Positions 1 through 9,143 of a DNA stretch of 64,000 nucleotides are shown one piece after another. The DNA comes from a virus. Below the pieces are notes generated by a model. That model did not search any database, was not told where the DNA came from, and was given only the letters and a program-made list of their open reading frames with translations. Location of the stretch: positions 53,940 through 117,939 of IMG/VR virus record IMGVR_UViG_3300020474_002475. The stretch is one strand, 5' to 3'. Made by a program: the position numbers and the translations under genes. Every line of letters begins with the position of its first letter. Positions within the stretch are counted from its first letter, which is position 1.

Positions 1-420
1 GCCGTAGCAAGAACAACCAAATACTATCGGGTACATCACAATAAATTCGATTTAAAGTTGTCTAGAAGAAATCTATTTACTAGAGATGATTATTGCTGCC
101 AATATTGCGGTAAATATTTACTTAAAAATCAATTGACATATGACCACATAATACCAAAATCCAAATTTAAAGAGTCTAAAATGGCAACTACATGGGATAA
201 TGTTGTTACAGCATGCCGTAAATGCAATTGTAAGAAGGGCAATAAAACACCCAAAGAGTCGGGCATGTCCCTTTTAAAACAGCCTGAATGTCCAAAATTT
301 TCGCCCAAGTACTTGCCATGGCACGATCAGGTTACTAATATAGTATATGAATCTAGAACGATATGGGACAAATATATAGAAAGATACTTAAGTACAAATG
401 AAAGAGAAAGATCAAAATAA
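1..420 (+). CDS. HNH endonuclease (McrA/HNH_5-like), 5'-truncated by window edge
   Basis: RRNLFTRDDYCCQYCG...LTYDHIIPKS...WDNVVTACRKCNCKKGNKTP is the classic HNH signature; frame is open back to base 1. Confidence 0.9.
   Translation, partial: AVARTTKYYRVHHNKFDLKLSRRNLFTRDDYCCQYCGKYLLKNQLTYDHIIPKSKFKESKMATTWDNVVTACRKCNCKKGNKTPKESGMSLLKQPECPKFSPKYLPWHDQVTNIVYESRTIWDKYIERYLSTNERERSK
313..341 (+). promoter_or_regulatory. possible sigma70-like promoter
   Basis: TTGCCA-N17-TAATAT in the HNH tail, about 55 nt upstream of the ORF at 398. Confidence 0.3.
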
Positions 421-781
421 GTACTATACTTTTCTAGGAAAAGAAGACTTTATAGACGACAAAGGATTTGCTAGGGCAAAAAACGAATCTAAAGAAGTTT
501 ATGCTAAATGTTCTTTATCTCAAAAGCCTAAACATATAGCATCTAGGAGTAATTTAGGAGTAGATAAAACATCGTATAAGTATTATATTGCTGTCAATTC
601 AAATAAAGAAGCATATAATCCAGATAATCCAAATCAACCCAAAGCAAATTTTATAGATAATGTTTGTAGAAATAATACAAAATTTCAAGAAGTAAATCAA
701 TACATATTTGAAAAATACGTCAACTTTTTAATGACAAAAAATGATGGGTGGATTAGAGAAATTAATAGGGATTTAAAATAA
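398..781 (+). CDS. hypothetical phage protein, paralog of 1418..1786
   Basis: 127 aa ORF coupled to its neighbours; shares YxxLGxEDFxDD...VxAK...FLxTKNxxW with 1418..1786. Confidence 0.75.
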   Translation: MKEKDQNKYYTFLGKEDFIDDKGFARAKNESKEVYAKCSLSQKPKHIASRSNLGVDKTSYKYYIAVNSNKEAYNPDNPNQPKANFIDNVCRNNTKFQEVNQYIFEKYVNFLMTKNDGWIREINRDLK

Positions 782-1126
782 ATGCCAGTTTATACTTTTG
801 AATGTTGTAAATGCAAACATCTTTTTGAATTATTTGCAAGTTACTCTAATTATAATAGTGCAAAAGTCGAATGTCCAAAATGTCAAAGTAAAAAAGTAGA
901 GCGTTCCTATGGTATAGATTTACAGAATATGACGGGAAGTGTTGTTAAATCTGATGCAGATATGAAGTTGGGAGATTTAGCAAACAGAAATAGAGACAGA
1001 ATGAGTGATGATCATAAACAGCATTTATATAATAAGCACAATAAGTATAAGGACCCATCTTTTAATAAGCCTTTACCCAAGGGTATGTCTAGAACAAAAA
1101 GGAAAAACAAAACTAAATGGACATAG
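782..1126 (+). CDS. FmdB-family zinc-ribbon protein (putative regulator)
   Basis: MPVYTFECCKCKHLFE...VECPKCQSKKVER matches the MPxYxYxCxxC...CPxC FmdB pattern. Confidence 0.85.
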   Translation: MPVYTFECCKCKHLFELFASYSNYNSAKVECPKCQSKKVERSYGIDLQNMTGSVVKSDADMKLGDLANRNRDRMSDDHKQHLYNKHNKYKDPSFNKPLPKGMSRTKRKNKTKWT

Positions 1127-1425
1127 AAAGTAAAGTTAAAGAGATCTTACAAGATCCGGAAAAAAGAAAAGAATTTTTGAAGTATGAAGAGTTAGATAGT
1201 ACTCCTAAGAAGCTGATTGATGCTCCTTACGAAATTATTTTTACAGTAGAAGCTAATATAATGGAGCAAAATGAAAAGCACGAAAATGTAAGCTCTAAAT
1301 TAATACATAAAACAAACTTTCATATGCCAGTACCAGAAGGTAAAGAAGCATTAGAATATATGGATGGGTTTTTACAGCACTTTCAAAAGTGTTTACTTAA
1401 CACAGAAGAGAAGATTAATGAGTGA
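1117..1425 (+). CDS. hypothetical protein
   Basis: 102 aa ORF overlapping both neighbours in the operon. Confidence 0.65.
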   Translation: MDIESKVKEILQDPEKRKEFLKYEELDSTPKKLIDAPYEIIFTVEANIMEQNEKHENVSSKLIHKTNFHMPVPEGKEALEYMDGFLQHFQKCLLNTEEKINE

Positions 1426-1786
1426 TATTTTTACAACCGCTAAACAAAAAAATAAACCAAAAGATGATGAATATTATGTATATTTAGGCGATGAAGACTT
1501 TGTAGACGATAATAACAATCTTAGATCTAAGCAAGACGATAACAAGGTTTTAGCTAAAAAAATCTATAGAGACAATGGCGGATACAAACTTATGATAAAA
1601 TGTGATTCGTATAATAAACCATTTGATCCAGATAATCAAATACAGTCCGCAAATAAGACTGTAGCATCGTATAAAAATGGACATAAGTTTATTACAGTTG
1701 GTCAAAAGGCTTTTGATCATTATTTAATGTTTTTACAAACTAAAAACAAATCGTGGCTATTGAATACAGAAAGAGAGTTGATATAA
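1418..1786 (+). CDS. hypothetical phage protein, paralog of 398..781
   Basis: Start moved to ATG 1418 (MSDIF), overlapping the upstream stop; motifs shared with 398..781. Confidence 0.75.
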   Translation: MSDIFTTAKQKNKPKDDEYYVYLGDEDFVDDNNNLRSKQDDNKVLAKKIYRDNGGYKLMIKCDSYNKPFDPDNQIQSANKTVASYKNGHKFITVGQKAFDHYLMFLQTKNKSWLLNTERELI

Positions 1787-2109
1787 TGGCAAGAGTAAGC
1801 AAAGCACAAACATACGCCGTCAGGTGGCTTGATCACGAGAATAAGAATACAGAGGATATTGCATCTGAATTAAATCTCTCTGTTAAACAAGTGGCTAACA
1901 TATTAGAAAAATATGGCAAGTCAGAAGGTTCCGTTGATACTAAACAGCAGCCCGTTTCTGGCGTCAGAAATATGATGAATTCAAAAACAAATAGCAACAA
2001 GGGCGTGACAGTAATGACTCAAGAAGCTTCAATGGCTATTCAAGAAGCCGCAGAAAAAAAACCACCATCCACAGACAGGTCATCTTATATCTATAGTCCT
2101 AATGGTTAA
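1786..2109 (+). CDS. HTH-containing DNA-binding protein
   Basis: TAATG overlap gives start MARVSK; TEDIASELNLSVKQVANIL is an HTH pattern. Confidence 0.65.
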   Translation: MARVSKAQTYAVRWLDHENKNTEDIASELNLSVKQVANILEKYGKSEGSVDTKQQPVSGVRNMMNSKTNSNKGVTVMTQEASMAIQEAAEKKPPSTDRSSYIYSPNG

Positions 2110-2112
2110 TAG

Positions 2113-2529
2113 ATGTATATATCAAAATATTCTAACGGCAAAAAGGTATCTGATGCTCAGTATATCACAGAAATAATATGTGAGCATAAAGCCAAAAGAG
2201 ATAAAAAGGATCTACATTATAGATTCTGGCTTAATAAAGAATGGGAAAAGTTTTTTAAAAGTCAAATAGCTTCTGCGCACAAGCTATTAAAACAATATGG
2301 GGCTCAAGCAATAGTAGCAGCTTTAAATAATCCTAGAACTAGAAATACATATTCTCTTAGATCTAAATATTTAAAGCCAATTATTGAAAGTGAACAAAAG
2401 ATTCTAGATAATAAAAATAATTCTCTATCTAAAGAAATAGAAAGAATTAGTGATCCAACATCATTTAGAAAAGTACAAGTAAAGAAAAACATTTTGTCTA
2501 ATTTAGAGGATATAGATAATGAGCATTAA
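2113..2529 (+). CDS. hypothetical phage protein
   Basis: 138 aa ORF directly upstream of and overlapping the recA-like gene. Confidence 0.7.
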   Translation: MYISKYSNGKKVSDAQYITEIICEHKAKRDKKDLHYRFWLNKEWEKFFKSQIASAHKLLKQYGAQAIVAALNNPRTRNTYSLRSKYLKPIIESEQKILDNKNNSLSKEIERISDPTSFRKVQVKKNILSNLEDIDNEH

Positions 2530-3532
2530 GACAGATATTAAAAAGAACTTTGGCGACAATATTATACTATCCGGTAATTCGGTTATAGATAAAAAAGTAT
2601 TAAATGTATCAATTAGTCCTTCGCTAGACATAGCATTAAATGGAGGTATTCCAGAAGGAAGTTTTATGATATTGACAGGGCAACCTAAATGTGGTAAAAC
2701 TACAACATCTCTCCAGATTGCTGCTTTAGCACAGCAAAAACAATATGCTTATGGAGATTTTGAAAAGGGTAGAGAAGTGTATTTTCTAAACATTGAAGGT
2801 AGGATTAAGAAAAGAGACTTAGCTGGAATTAAAGGATTAGATTTAGATAGATTTCATATCATAGGCTCTAAGACAGGTAAGATTTTACACGCAGAAGAAT
2901 ATTTGCAGATGGCTGAAAAAATCATTAATGAAGTTCCCGGCTCTGTCGTTATTATAGATTCATATTCAGCTCTATGTACAGAATCAGAGATTACTTCAGA
3001 CATGAGTAAAATGCAAAGAGCAGATGGCGCCAAGCTATTAGCAAAATTTTGCAGGAAAGTAGCTAATGTTATACCTGTTAATAAAAATATTGTTATGGGC
3101 ATCACTCATCTTATGGGAAATCCTGGTTATGGCAGCAGTGAATGGAAAGAAAAATCTGGGCAGGCTATTGCTTATCAAACAGATGTAAAAATAAAAGCTA
3201 CATATTTTAAACCGTGGACAGTCGGAAAAGAAGAAACACAGATTGGACAAACAATAGAATGGCAAGTTGTTTGCTCGGCTTTAGGTCCTCCTGGTGCTAA
3301 AATTACTAGTTATATTAGATATGGACAAGGCATAGACAAAGAGATGGAGCTATTTAATCTTGCAACAGATTTGGGAATTATTGACAAGGCAGGAGCTTGG
3401 TATACATTTACGACAGTTAAAGATAGTCCCAAATTCCAAGGAGCAGAAAAGTCTAGAGATTACTTAGCACAAAATCCTAAACTATATACTTCTTTATGGA
3501 ATACTGTTAAAGAGACAATGGGAATTAAATAA
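2519..3532 (+). CDS. recA: RecA/UvsX-family recombinase
   Basis: SLDIALNGGIPEG, Walker A GQPKCGKTT, Walker B VVIIDS, C-terminal GIIDKAGAWY...KFQG. Confidence 0.93.
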   Translation: MSIKTDIKKNFGDNIILSGNSVIDKKVLNVSISPSLDIALNGGIPEGSFMILTGQPKCGKTTTSLQIAALAQQKQYAYGDFEKGREVYFLNIEGRIKKRDLAGIKGLDLDRFHIIGSKTGKILHAEEYLQMAEKIINEVPGSVVIIDSYSALCTESEITSDMSKMQRADGAKLLAKFCRKVANVIPVNKNIVMGITHLMGNPGYGSSEWKEKSGQAIAYQTDVKIKATYFKPWTVGKEETQIGQTIEWQVVCSALGPPGAKITSYIRYGQGIDKEMELFNLATDLGIIDKAGAWYTFTTVKDSPKFQGAEKSRDYLAQNPKLYTSLWNTVKETMGIK

Positions 3533-3939
3533 TGGATGTGATCGACTTAGATGGCAAAATACAAAAATGGGCTTTAACAGGACATATAGCCAAAGGTAGT
3601 AGGCAGAATAAGTCTACTTTACATTTACAAGCAAGAGATGTTATAAAAAATATCCATCCCACTTTACAACTTTTAGAGGAGGTTTCGATACCTTTAAGGA
3701 GAACTGAAACTTTGTACCTTGACTTTTACTTGCCTTTGACTAAAACATGTATAGAGGTGCATGGCGAACAGCATTATAAATTTGTGCAATTTTATCACAA
3801 TAATACTCTTGGCTTTTTAAAACATAAAAAAAGAGATGCCGAAAAAAAAGAGTGGTGTCAAAAAAACGACATTAGATATATTGAGTTTCCATATAATGAG
3901 TCTGTAGAGGAATGGACCAAAAGGATGACTGATGAGTAA
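3532..3939 (+). CDS. DUF559/Vsr-like PD-(D/E)XK endonuclease
   Basis: LYLDFYLP...IEVHGEQHY...KRDAEKKEWCQKNDIRYIEFPY. Confidence 0.8.
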   Translation: MDVIDLDGKIQKWALTGHIAKGSRQNKSTLHLQARDVIKNIHPTLQLLEEVSIPLRRTETLYLDFYLPLTKTCIEVHGEQHYKFVQFYHNNTLGFLKHKKRDAEKKEWCQKNDIRYIEFPYNESVEEWTKRMTDE

Positions 3940-4417
3940 AACAAGCAAAGAAGAATTACAGCATTGGGATGCGGTTTTAGACGAGTATGAGTCGTCTATA
4001 GGTCTTCCTCCATATCTTGATGATAATATGCCAGCAGAAGAATTAAATTCATATTTAACAATGAATCGTAATGAATTAGAAAAATTGACACCTGATGATT
4101 GTGGAGAAATTGCATACAGATTATCACAATTCTGTTTTCATATACAAAGAACAATTAATAGAGAAATAGCTAGACATAATTGGGCTGATGAAAAAATTAA
4201 AGAAGTTATAGCAGACCAAATTAATAATTACAAAGGTTATGGCTATATTGAAAAATCTTTACAGGCGATTAAACATAATGAAAAGGCTTATTCTTTGAGT
4301 CAGATAAAAAGATATGCTAAACAAAGAATGGATAGACTTTCTTACATAGCAAATACAACAAAAAACTTATCGGATATCATAATTTCTATACAACGAAGTA
4401 AGGTGAAAAATGGGTAA
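3932..4417 (+). CDS. helical hypothetical protein, possibly UvsY-like recombination mediator
   Basis: 161 aa amphipathic-helical ORF two genes after recA/uvsX; function inferred from context only. Confidence 0.5.
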   Translation: MSKTSKEELQHWDAVLDEYESSIGLPPYLDDNMPAEELNSYLTMNRNELEKLTPDDCGEIAYRLSQFCFHIQRTINREIARHNWADEKIKEVIADQINNYKGYGYIEKSLQAIKHNEKAYSLSQIKRYAKQRMDRLSYIANTTKNLSDIIISIQRSKVKNG

Positions 4418-4796
4418 TGTAGATACTGACAAACTAAAACAATTGTTGTATGCAATGATAGAAACATTAGATGGAGAAACATCTGAATCTAGTGAAAAAG
4501 TAGAAGAAACAAAAGATGTAAACTCTAATGCTCAACAACCAAAGAATTCTCGTAGAAAAAGATACGGTGGAGAAGAAAATTTATTTTTAAGCATGCCAGA
4601 AAAAGACATGCATAAGGCAGATGTTGAAATAGATAAAAAACTAGCACCTAAACAGTTAACGGCAAGAAACAGAGTTTCTACAGAAATGGATGTCCGATGT
4701 AGAATTTGCGGCAAAGAGCAGAGGGTAAGCAAATCTTTGATAACTGATGGTGCCCATAGATATAAATGCAATGATTGTTCTAGGAGTTCAGGCTAA
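4410..4796 (+). CDS. hypothetical protein with C-terminal C4 zinc finger
   Basis: CRICG...YKCNDC. Confidence 0.7.
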   Translation: MGNVDTDKLKQLLYAMIETLDGETSESSEKVEETKDVNSNAQQPKNSRRKRYGGEENLFLSMPEKDMHKADVEIDKKLAPKQLTARNRVSTEMDVRCRICGKEQRVSKSLITDGAHRYKCNDCSRSSG

Positions 4797-6262
4797 TGAT
4801 ATTGTGTGATCCTGCAGCAGAACGTGCTGTTCTTAGCACCATTATGCAAAATGGTGACAAATCTTACTTGGAAATTTCTGATATAGTAAATGAATCTACG
4901 TTTACTGTTGATAGCAACCAATATTTGTATCAGTGTTTAAAGCACATTTGCGAACAAAGCTCATGCAGCAATATAGATATTGCTTCTGTATTTTCTGCGG
5001 CTCAAGAACTTGGATTATCTCATTTATTAAACACAAAGTCGGAAGCCCAGCATATTAAAGCAATCAAAGATTTTCCTGTAGAAAAAAGCAATCTTAGGAA
5101 ATTTGGTGCAAAAATTAAAAAATTAGAGATTGCCAGAGATCTACATAAACAGCTTAAAGATACACAAGACAAGATTTTAGACATTAACGGAAATGAAAGC
5201 ATAACTTCTATTTTGGGTATAGCAGAAGATTCGATATTTGATTTTTCTTCTAAGTTAAATGATTCAGAATCTGGACCACAAACAATCGGTGAGAATATTG
5301 AAGACTATGTAAAGTATCTAGAAGAAAATCCCATCGAACAAGTTGGTATTTCTACAGGCTTTCCTGTATATGATAAGTCTATTGGTGGAGGTTTGAGAAA
5401 GAGTACCGTAAATGTTATAGCTGCTAGACCTAAAACTGGTAAAACATTGTTGTCTGACAATATGGGATATTATATAGCAAACACCTTGAATATTCCTGTT
5501 TTAAATATGGACACGGAAATGACTAGAGAGGATCATGTTCATAGATTATTGGCTATGTCAACAGAGATAGAAATGAATCAAATAGAGACAGGTAGGTTCG
5601 CAGAATCTCCTAATCTTAAAAAGAAGATATATGAAAGCGCTAATAAAATTTCTAAGATACCATACTACCATAAAAGCATTGCAGGTAAACCATTCGAAGA
5701 ACAATTAGCGGTAATGAGAAGATGGATAGTTAAAGAAGTAGGCTTAAAACCAGATGGTACAGCTAAAGACTGTGTTGTATTTTACGATTACTTAAAATTA
5801 ATGGATACTCAAGGTATGAGTCAAGATCTAAAAGAGTATCAAGTTTTAGGTTTTATGATGACGCAATTACATAATTTTTCTACTAAATATGGCATTCCTG
5901 TTGTCGCTTTTGTTCAGTTAAATAGAGATGGCATTACAAAAGAGTCGACAGATACGGCAAGCGGTTCTGATAGAATTATCTGGCTATGTAGCAATTTTAC
6001 AATATTTAAAAAGAAAACAGATGAAGAAATTGCAGAAGACGGACCAGACAATGGCAATAGAAAACTAATACCAATTATTAGTCGTCATGGCGGAGGATTA
6101 GACGACAATGATTATATAAACTGTCATATGAAAGGCTGGTGTGCTAAAATTGCTGAAGGTCAAACTAGATTAGAATTAACTTCAGGTGGTAGTAATAACT
6201 TTAAAGATGATGGGTTCATAGTAAATGAAAATGATGAAAATGAAAAAATTGAATTCGTATGA
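4796..6262 (+). CDS. dnaB: replicative DnaB-family (SF4) helicase
   Basis: N-terminal AERAVL, GISTGF, Walker A ARPKTGKT, VFYDYLKLM, QLNR, IISRHG. Confidence 0.95.
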   Translation: MILCDPAAERAVLSTIMQNGDKSYLEISDIVNESTFTVDSNQYLYQCLKHICEQSSCSNIDIASVFSAAQELGLSHLLNTKSEAQHIKAIKDFPVEKSNLRKFGAKIKKLEIARDLHKQLKDTQDKILDINGNESITSILGIAEDSIFDFSSKLNDSESGPQTIGENIEDYVKYLEENPIEQVGISTGFPVYDKSIGGGLRKSTVNVIAARPKTGKTLLSDNMGYYIANTLNIPVLNMDTEMTREDHVHRLLAMSTEIEMNQIETGRFAESPNLKKKIYESANKISKIPYYHKSIAGKPFEEQLAVMRRWIVKEVGLKPDGTAKDCVVFYDYLKLMDTQGMSQDLKEYQVLGFMMTQLHNFSTKYGIPVVAFVQLNRDGITKESTDTASGSDRIIWLCSNFTIFKKKTDEEIAEDGPDNGNRKLIPIISRHGGGLDDNDYINCHMKGWCAKIAEGQTRLELTSGGSNNFKDDGFIVNENDENEKIEFV

Positions 6263-7379
6263 CCAAGCCAAGTTAAAGGCTATGTCAGACAGCTTGTGTG
6301 ATAATATAGAAGAACTATTAGATGTCTTAGATGTTACAGACTACAGGATATCTGATAAAATGGTTATTTGTAGTTGTCCAATACACGGTGGAGATAATCC
6401 GTCTGCATTTAATTTATACCACACTGGAGATAGCTATAGGGGCAATTGGAAATGCAGGACTCACAATTGCGAAGAAATATTTAAACCTTCTATACTGGGT
6501 TTTATTAGAGGATGTCTGTCTAATAAAAAGTATGATTGGTCTTCGAAAGAAGGTCAGGTTTGTACATTTAAAGAAACAATAACTTTTGCTGAACGCTTTT
6601 TAGGCAATAAACTTGATGACATAAAAATATCTAGCAAACAAAAAGAAAAAACTAGCTTTGTTAATGTTGTTAAATATATCAATACAAAAAACGAAGAAGA
6701 AACAAATAAAATACCTAGAAGCACAATTGTCTCGTCTCTAGATATACCATCCAAATACTTTATAGAAAGAGGTTTTTCTAAAGACATTTTACTTAAATAT
6801 GACGTAGGAGACTGCAATACAGCAAGCAAACCTATGTTTGGCAGGGCAGTGGTGCCAGTATATGATCAAGATTATAAATATATGGTTGGATGTACTGGAA
6901 GATCTATAGACAATAAATGTAATAAATGTTCATGTTATCATAAAAGTTCGGAATGTCCACCAGAAGATAAGCAATATCTGCATTCTAAATGGAGACATAA
7001 TTTTGGTTTTAAAACACAAAACCACTTATATAACTACTGGTTTGCAAAAGACCATATAAAGAAAACGGGTAAGGTTATATTAGTAGAAAGTCCCGGTAAT
7101 GTATGGAGACTAGAAGAGGCTGGTATACACAATTCTGTCGCCTTATTTGGTGCTTCATTAGCAGATATACAAAAAATGATTTTAGATATATCTGGAGCAA
7201 TGACTATATATACTATTATGGACAATGATGACGCCGGTAAAAAAGCAGCGGAAAATATATATAAAAAATGTGAAAGAATATACAATGTTCATAACATAGA
7301 GCTTGAACAGGCAGATGTAGCTAGTATGAATGTTGATCAAGTTAAGGACTTTATAAAACCAAGGATAGACCATGACTAA
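6240..7379 (+). CDS. dnaG: DnaG-type DNA primase (CHC2 Zn finger + TOPRIM)
   Basis: CSCPIHGGDNPSA...WKCRTHNC; GRAVVPV; TOPRIM LVESPGNVWRL and MDNDDAG; start could be 6225-6240. Confidence 0.9.
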   Translation: MKKLNSYDQAKLKAMSDSLCDNIEELLDVLDVTDYRISDKMVICSCPIHGGDNPSAFNLYHTGDSYRGNWKCRTHNCEEIFKPSILGFIRGCLSNKKYDWSSKEGQVCTFKETITFAERFLGNKLDDIKISSKQKEKTSFVNVVKYINTKNEEETNKIPRSTIVSSLDIPSKYFIERGFSKDILLKYDVGDCNTASKPMFGRAVVPVYDQDYKYMVGCTGRSIDNKCNKCSCYHKSSECPPEDKQYLHSKWRHNFGFKTQNHLYNYWFAKDHIKKTGKVILVESPGNVWRLEEAGIHNSVALFGASLADIQKMILDISGAMTIYTIMDNDDAGKKAAENIYKKCERIYNVHNIELEQADVASMNVDQVKDFIKPRIDHD

Positions 7380-8097
7380 AATTATAGCATTTTCTGGAAA
7401 AAAACAGTCAGGTAAAAATACCTGTGCAAATTTTATATATTCTACATATATGGCAAATCTTAAAATTAGTAAAAAAATACACATCAATGATCTTGGAGAA
7501 ATAGAAGTATCTGATCTCTTTGGTAAAAAAGAATATTCGGGAATATTTAATCCAGAAAGATATGATTCTACAGATTTTATTTTACAACAAGCACTAACAA
7601 AAGTTAATCCTCATATTAAACTTTATAGCTTTGCTGAACCTCTTAAAACGGATATCTGTATTAATATATTGGGACTAAGCTATGAACAATGTTATGGGTC
7701 GGATAATGATAAAAATTCAATAACAGATTTACAATGGGAAAACAAAAACTTAACAGCTAGAGATGTTATGCAAATTGTTGGTACAGACATTTTACGAAAA
7801 ATGAAACCAGATGTTTGGACTAGCGCACTAATAAGAAAAATCAAAAGCGATAACCCCAATCTAGCCATTATTACAGATTGTAGATTTCCTAACGAAGTTG
7901 ATTGCATACAAGACAATGAAGGTGTTGTTATTCGTTTAACAAGAAGTACTAGTGATTCTCAACATAGCAGTGAAACTATCCTAGATAGGAACAATTATGC
8001 GTGGGACAATTTTGACTATGTACTCGATAATAACAATTTGGATATATATAATCAGTCTTTGTCAATAGAAAAAATACTAAAAGAGGTGTTATCATAA
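7372..8097 (+). CDS. deoxynucleoside monophosphate kinase (T4 gp1-like)
   Basis: IIAFSGKKQSGKNT, SFAEPLK, TARDVMQIVGTD, IITDCRFPNE, HSSE. Confidence 0.88.
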   Translation: MTKIIAFSGKKQSGKNTCANFIYSTYMANLKISKKIHINDLGEIEVSDLFGKKEYSGIFNPERYDSTDFILQQALTKVNPHIKLYSFAEPLKTDICINILGLSYEQCYGSDNDKNSITDLQWENKNLTARDVMQIVGTDILRKMKPDVWTSALIRKIKSDNPNLAIITDCRFPNEVDCIQDNEGVVIRLTRSTSDSQHSSETILDRNNYAWDNFDYVLDNNNLDIYNQSLSIEKILKEVLS

Positions 8098-9143
8098 TTA
8101 TTACATATTTTCGTAGTTCTAGCTATAACACACACAATATGTGTGAACAACAATATCTATTTGATTATGTTCTTGGCTATAGATCTCCGTCTAATAAAAA
8201 AGCAGACAAAGGTACAATTGTACACAAAATATTGGAAATATTAGCTTTTGTTAAATTTACCATACAAAAAAATGAACAAACATTTGAAGATGATATTTTG
8301 GGTAAAATCAATGTTTATAATTATGATTTAGACGATATTATTGATAGAGTCTATAATTTTTACACATCGCACTTTACACATCATGAATGGAAAGATGTGG
8401 ACCATAGAGATTGTAAAAAATGGAGTTATAAAGCGATAGAATATGCAGGAGGTATGTTTGATCCTAGAAATAGAACCATCTTATATCCAGAACAAAGATT
8501 TGATATAACAATTGAAAAGCCTTGGGCAGAGTATGAATATGAATTGCCTAGCGGAGAAAAACTAAAAGGACACCTATCTATTAAGGGTACTATCGATTTA
8601 ATTACCAAACCAAGTGACAATACATTAGAAATCGTCGACTGGAAAACAGGGAGAAGACTTGACTGGGCTACAGGACAAGAAAAAACTCAAGAAAAACTAG
8701 AAACAGATCCGCAGCTTATGATATACTATTATGCTGCTCAAAAACTCTATCCTGAAATAGATCATTGTATCGTAACGATATACTTCATTAATGATGGTGG
8801 TCCTTTTAGTATGACATTCGACAAATCGCATTTACAAAAAACGGAAGACTTACTAAGAGAAAAATTTTATAAAATTAAACAATCCAATAAACCTCGACTA
8901 TCTAAAACTTGGAAATGTAGAAAATTGTGTCATTATGGTAAAAATACTTTTCAAGGACATGATAGTATATTGCCGATGCTTGAATATAGAGAAGGTCAAG
9001 TATGTAATCCGGGATATAATATGACGATGTGCGAACAAGTAGCTCATGACATAAAAACTAAAGGTTTAAAAAATGTTGTTGACGAATACACTGTTCCAGG
9101 GTATAATGTAGGACATTACCAAGCTCCTGGAAGTACAGAATGA
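8094..9143 (+). CDS. PD-(D/E)XK exonuclease (RecB/Cas4-like); probable ATA start
   Basis: RSSSYNTHNMCEQQYLFDYVLG, GTIVHKILE, GTIDLI, IVDWKTG, QLMIY, CRKLC. The conserved N-terminal motif lies upstream of the first ATG (8139); SD AGAGGTG precedes ATA 8094. Confidence 0.85.
   Translation: MIITYFRSSSYNTHNMCEQQYLFDYVLGYRSPSNKKADKGTIVHKILEILAFVKFTIQKNEQTFEDDILGKINVYNYDLDDIIDRVYNFYTSHFTHHEWKDVDHRDCKKWSYKAIEYAGGMFDPRNRTILYPEQRFDITIEKPWAEYEYELPSGEKLKGHLSIKGTIDLITKPSDNTLEIVDWKTGRRLDWATGQEKTQEKLETDPQLMIYYYAAQKLYPEIDHCIVTIYFINDGGPFSMTFDKSHLQKTEDLLREKFYKIKQSNKPRLSKTWKCRKLCHYGKNTFQGHDSILPMLEYREGQVCNPGYNMTMCEQVAHDIKTKGLKNVVDEYTVPGYNVGHYQAPGSTE
9079..9107 (+). promoter_or_regulatory. sigma70-like promoter for the polymerase operon
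   Basis: TTGACG-N17-TATAAT, 32 nt upstream of the dnaE-N start. Confidence 0.7.

Noticed and set aside
1760-1787. TTGAAT-N16-TATAAT promoter-like sequence
   Set aside because: The -10 box overlaps the TAATG stop/start junction, so a transcript would begin inside the next gene; probably chance in AT-rich DNA
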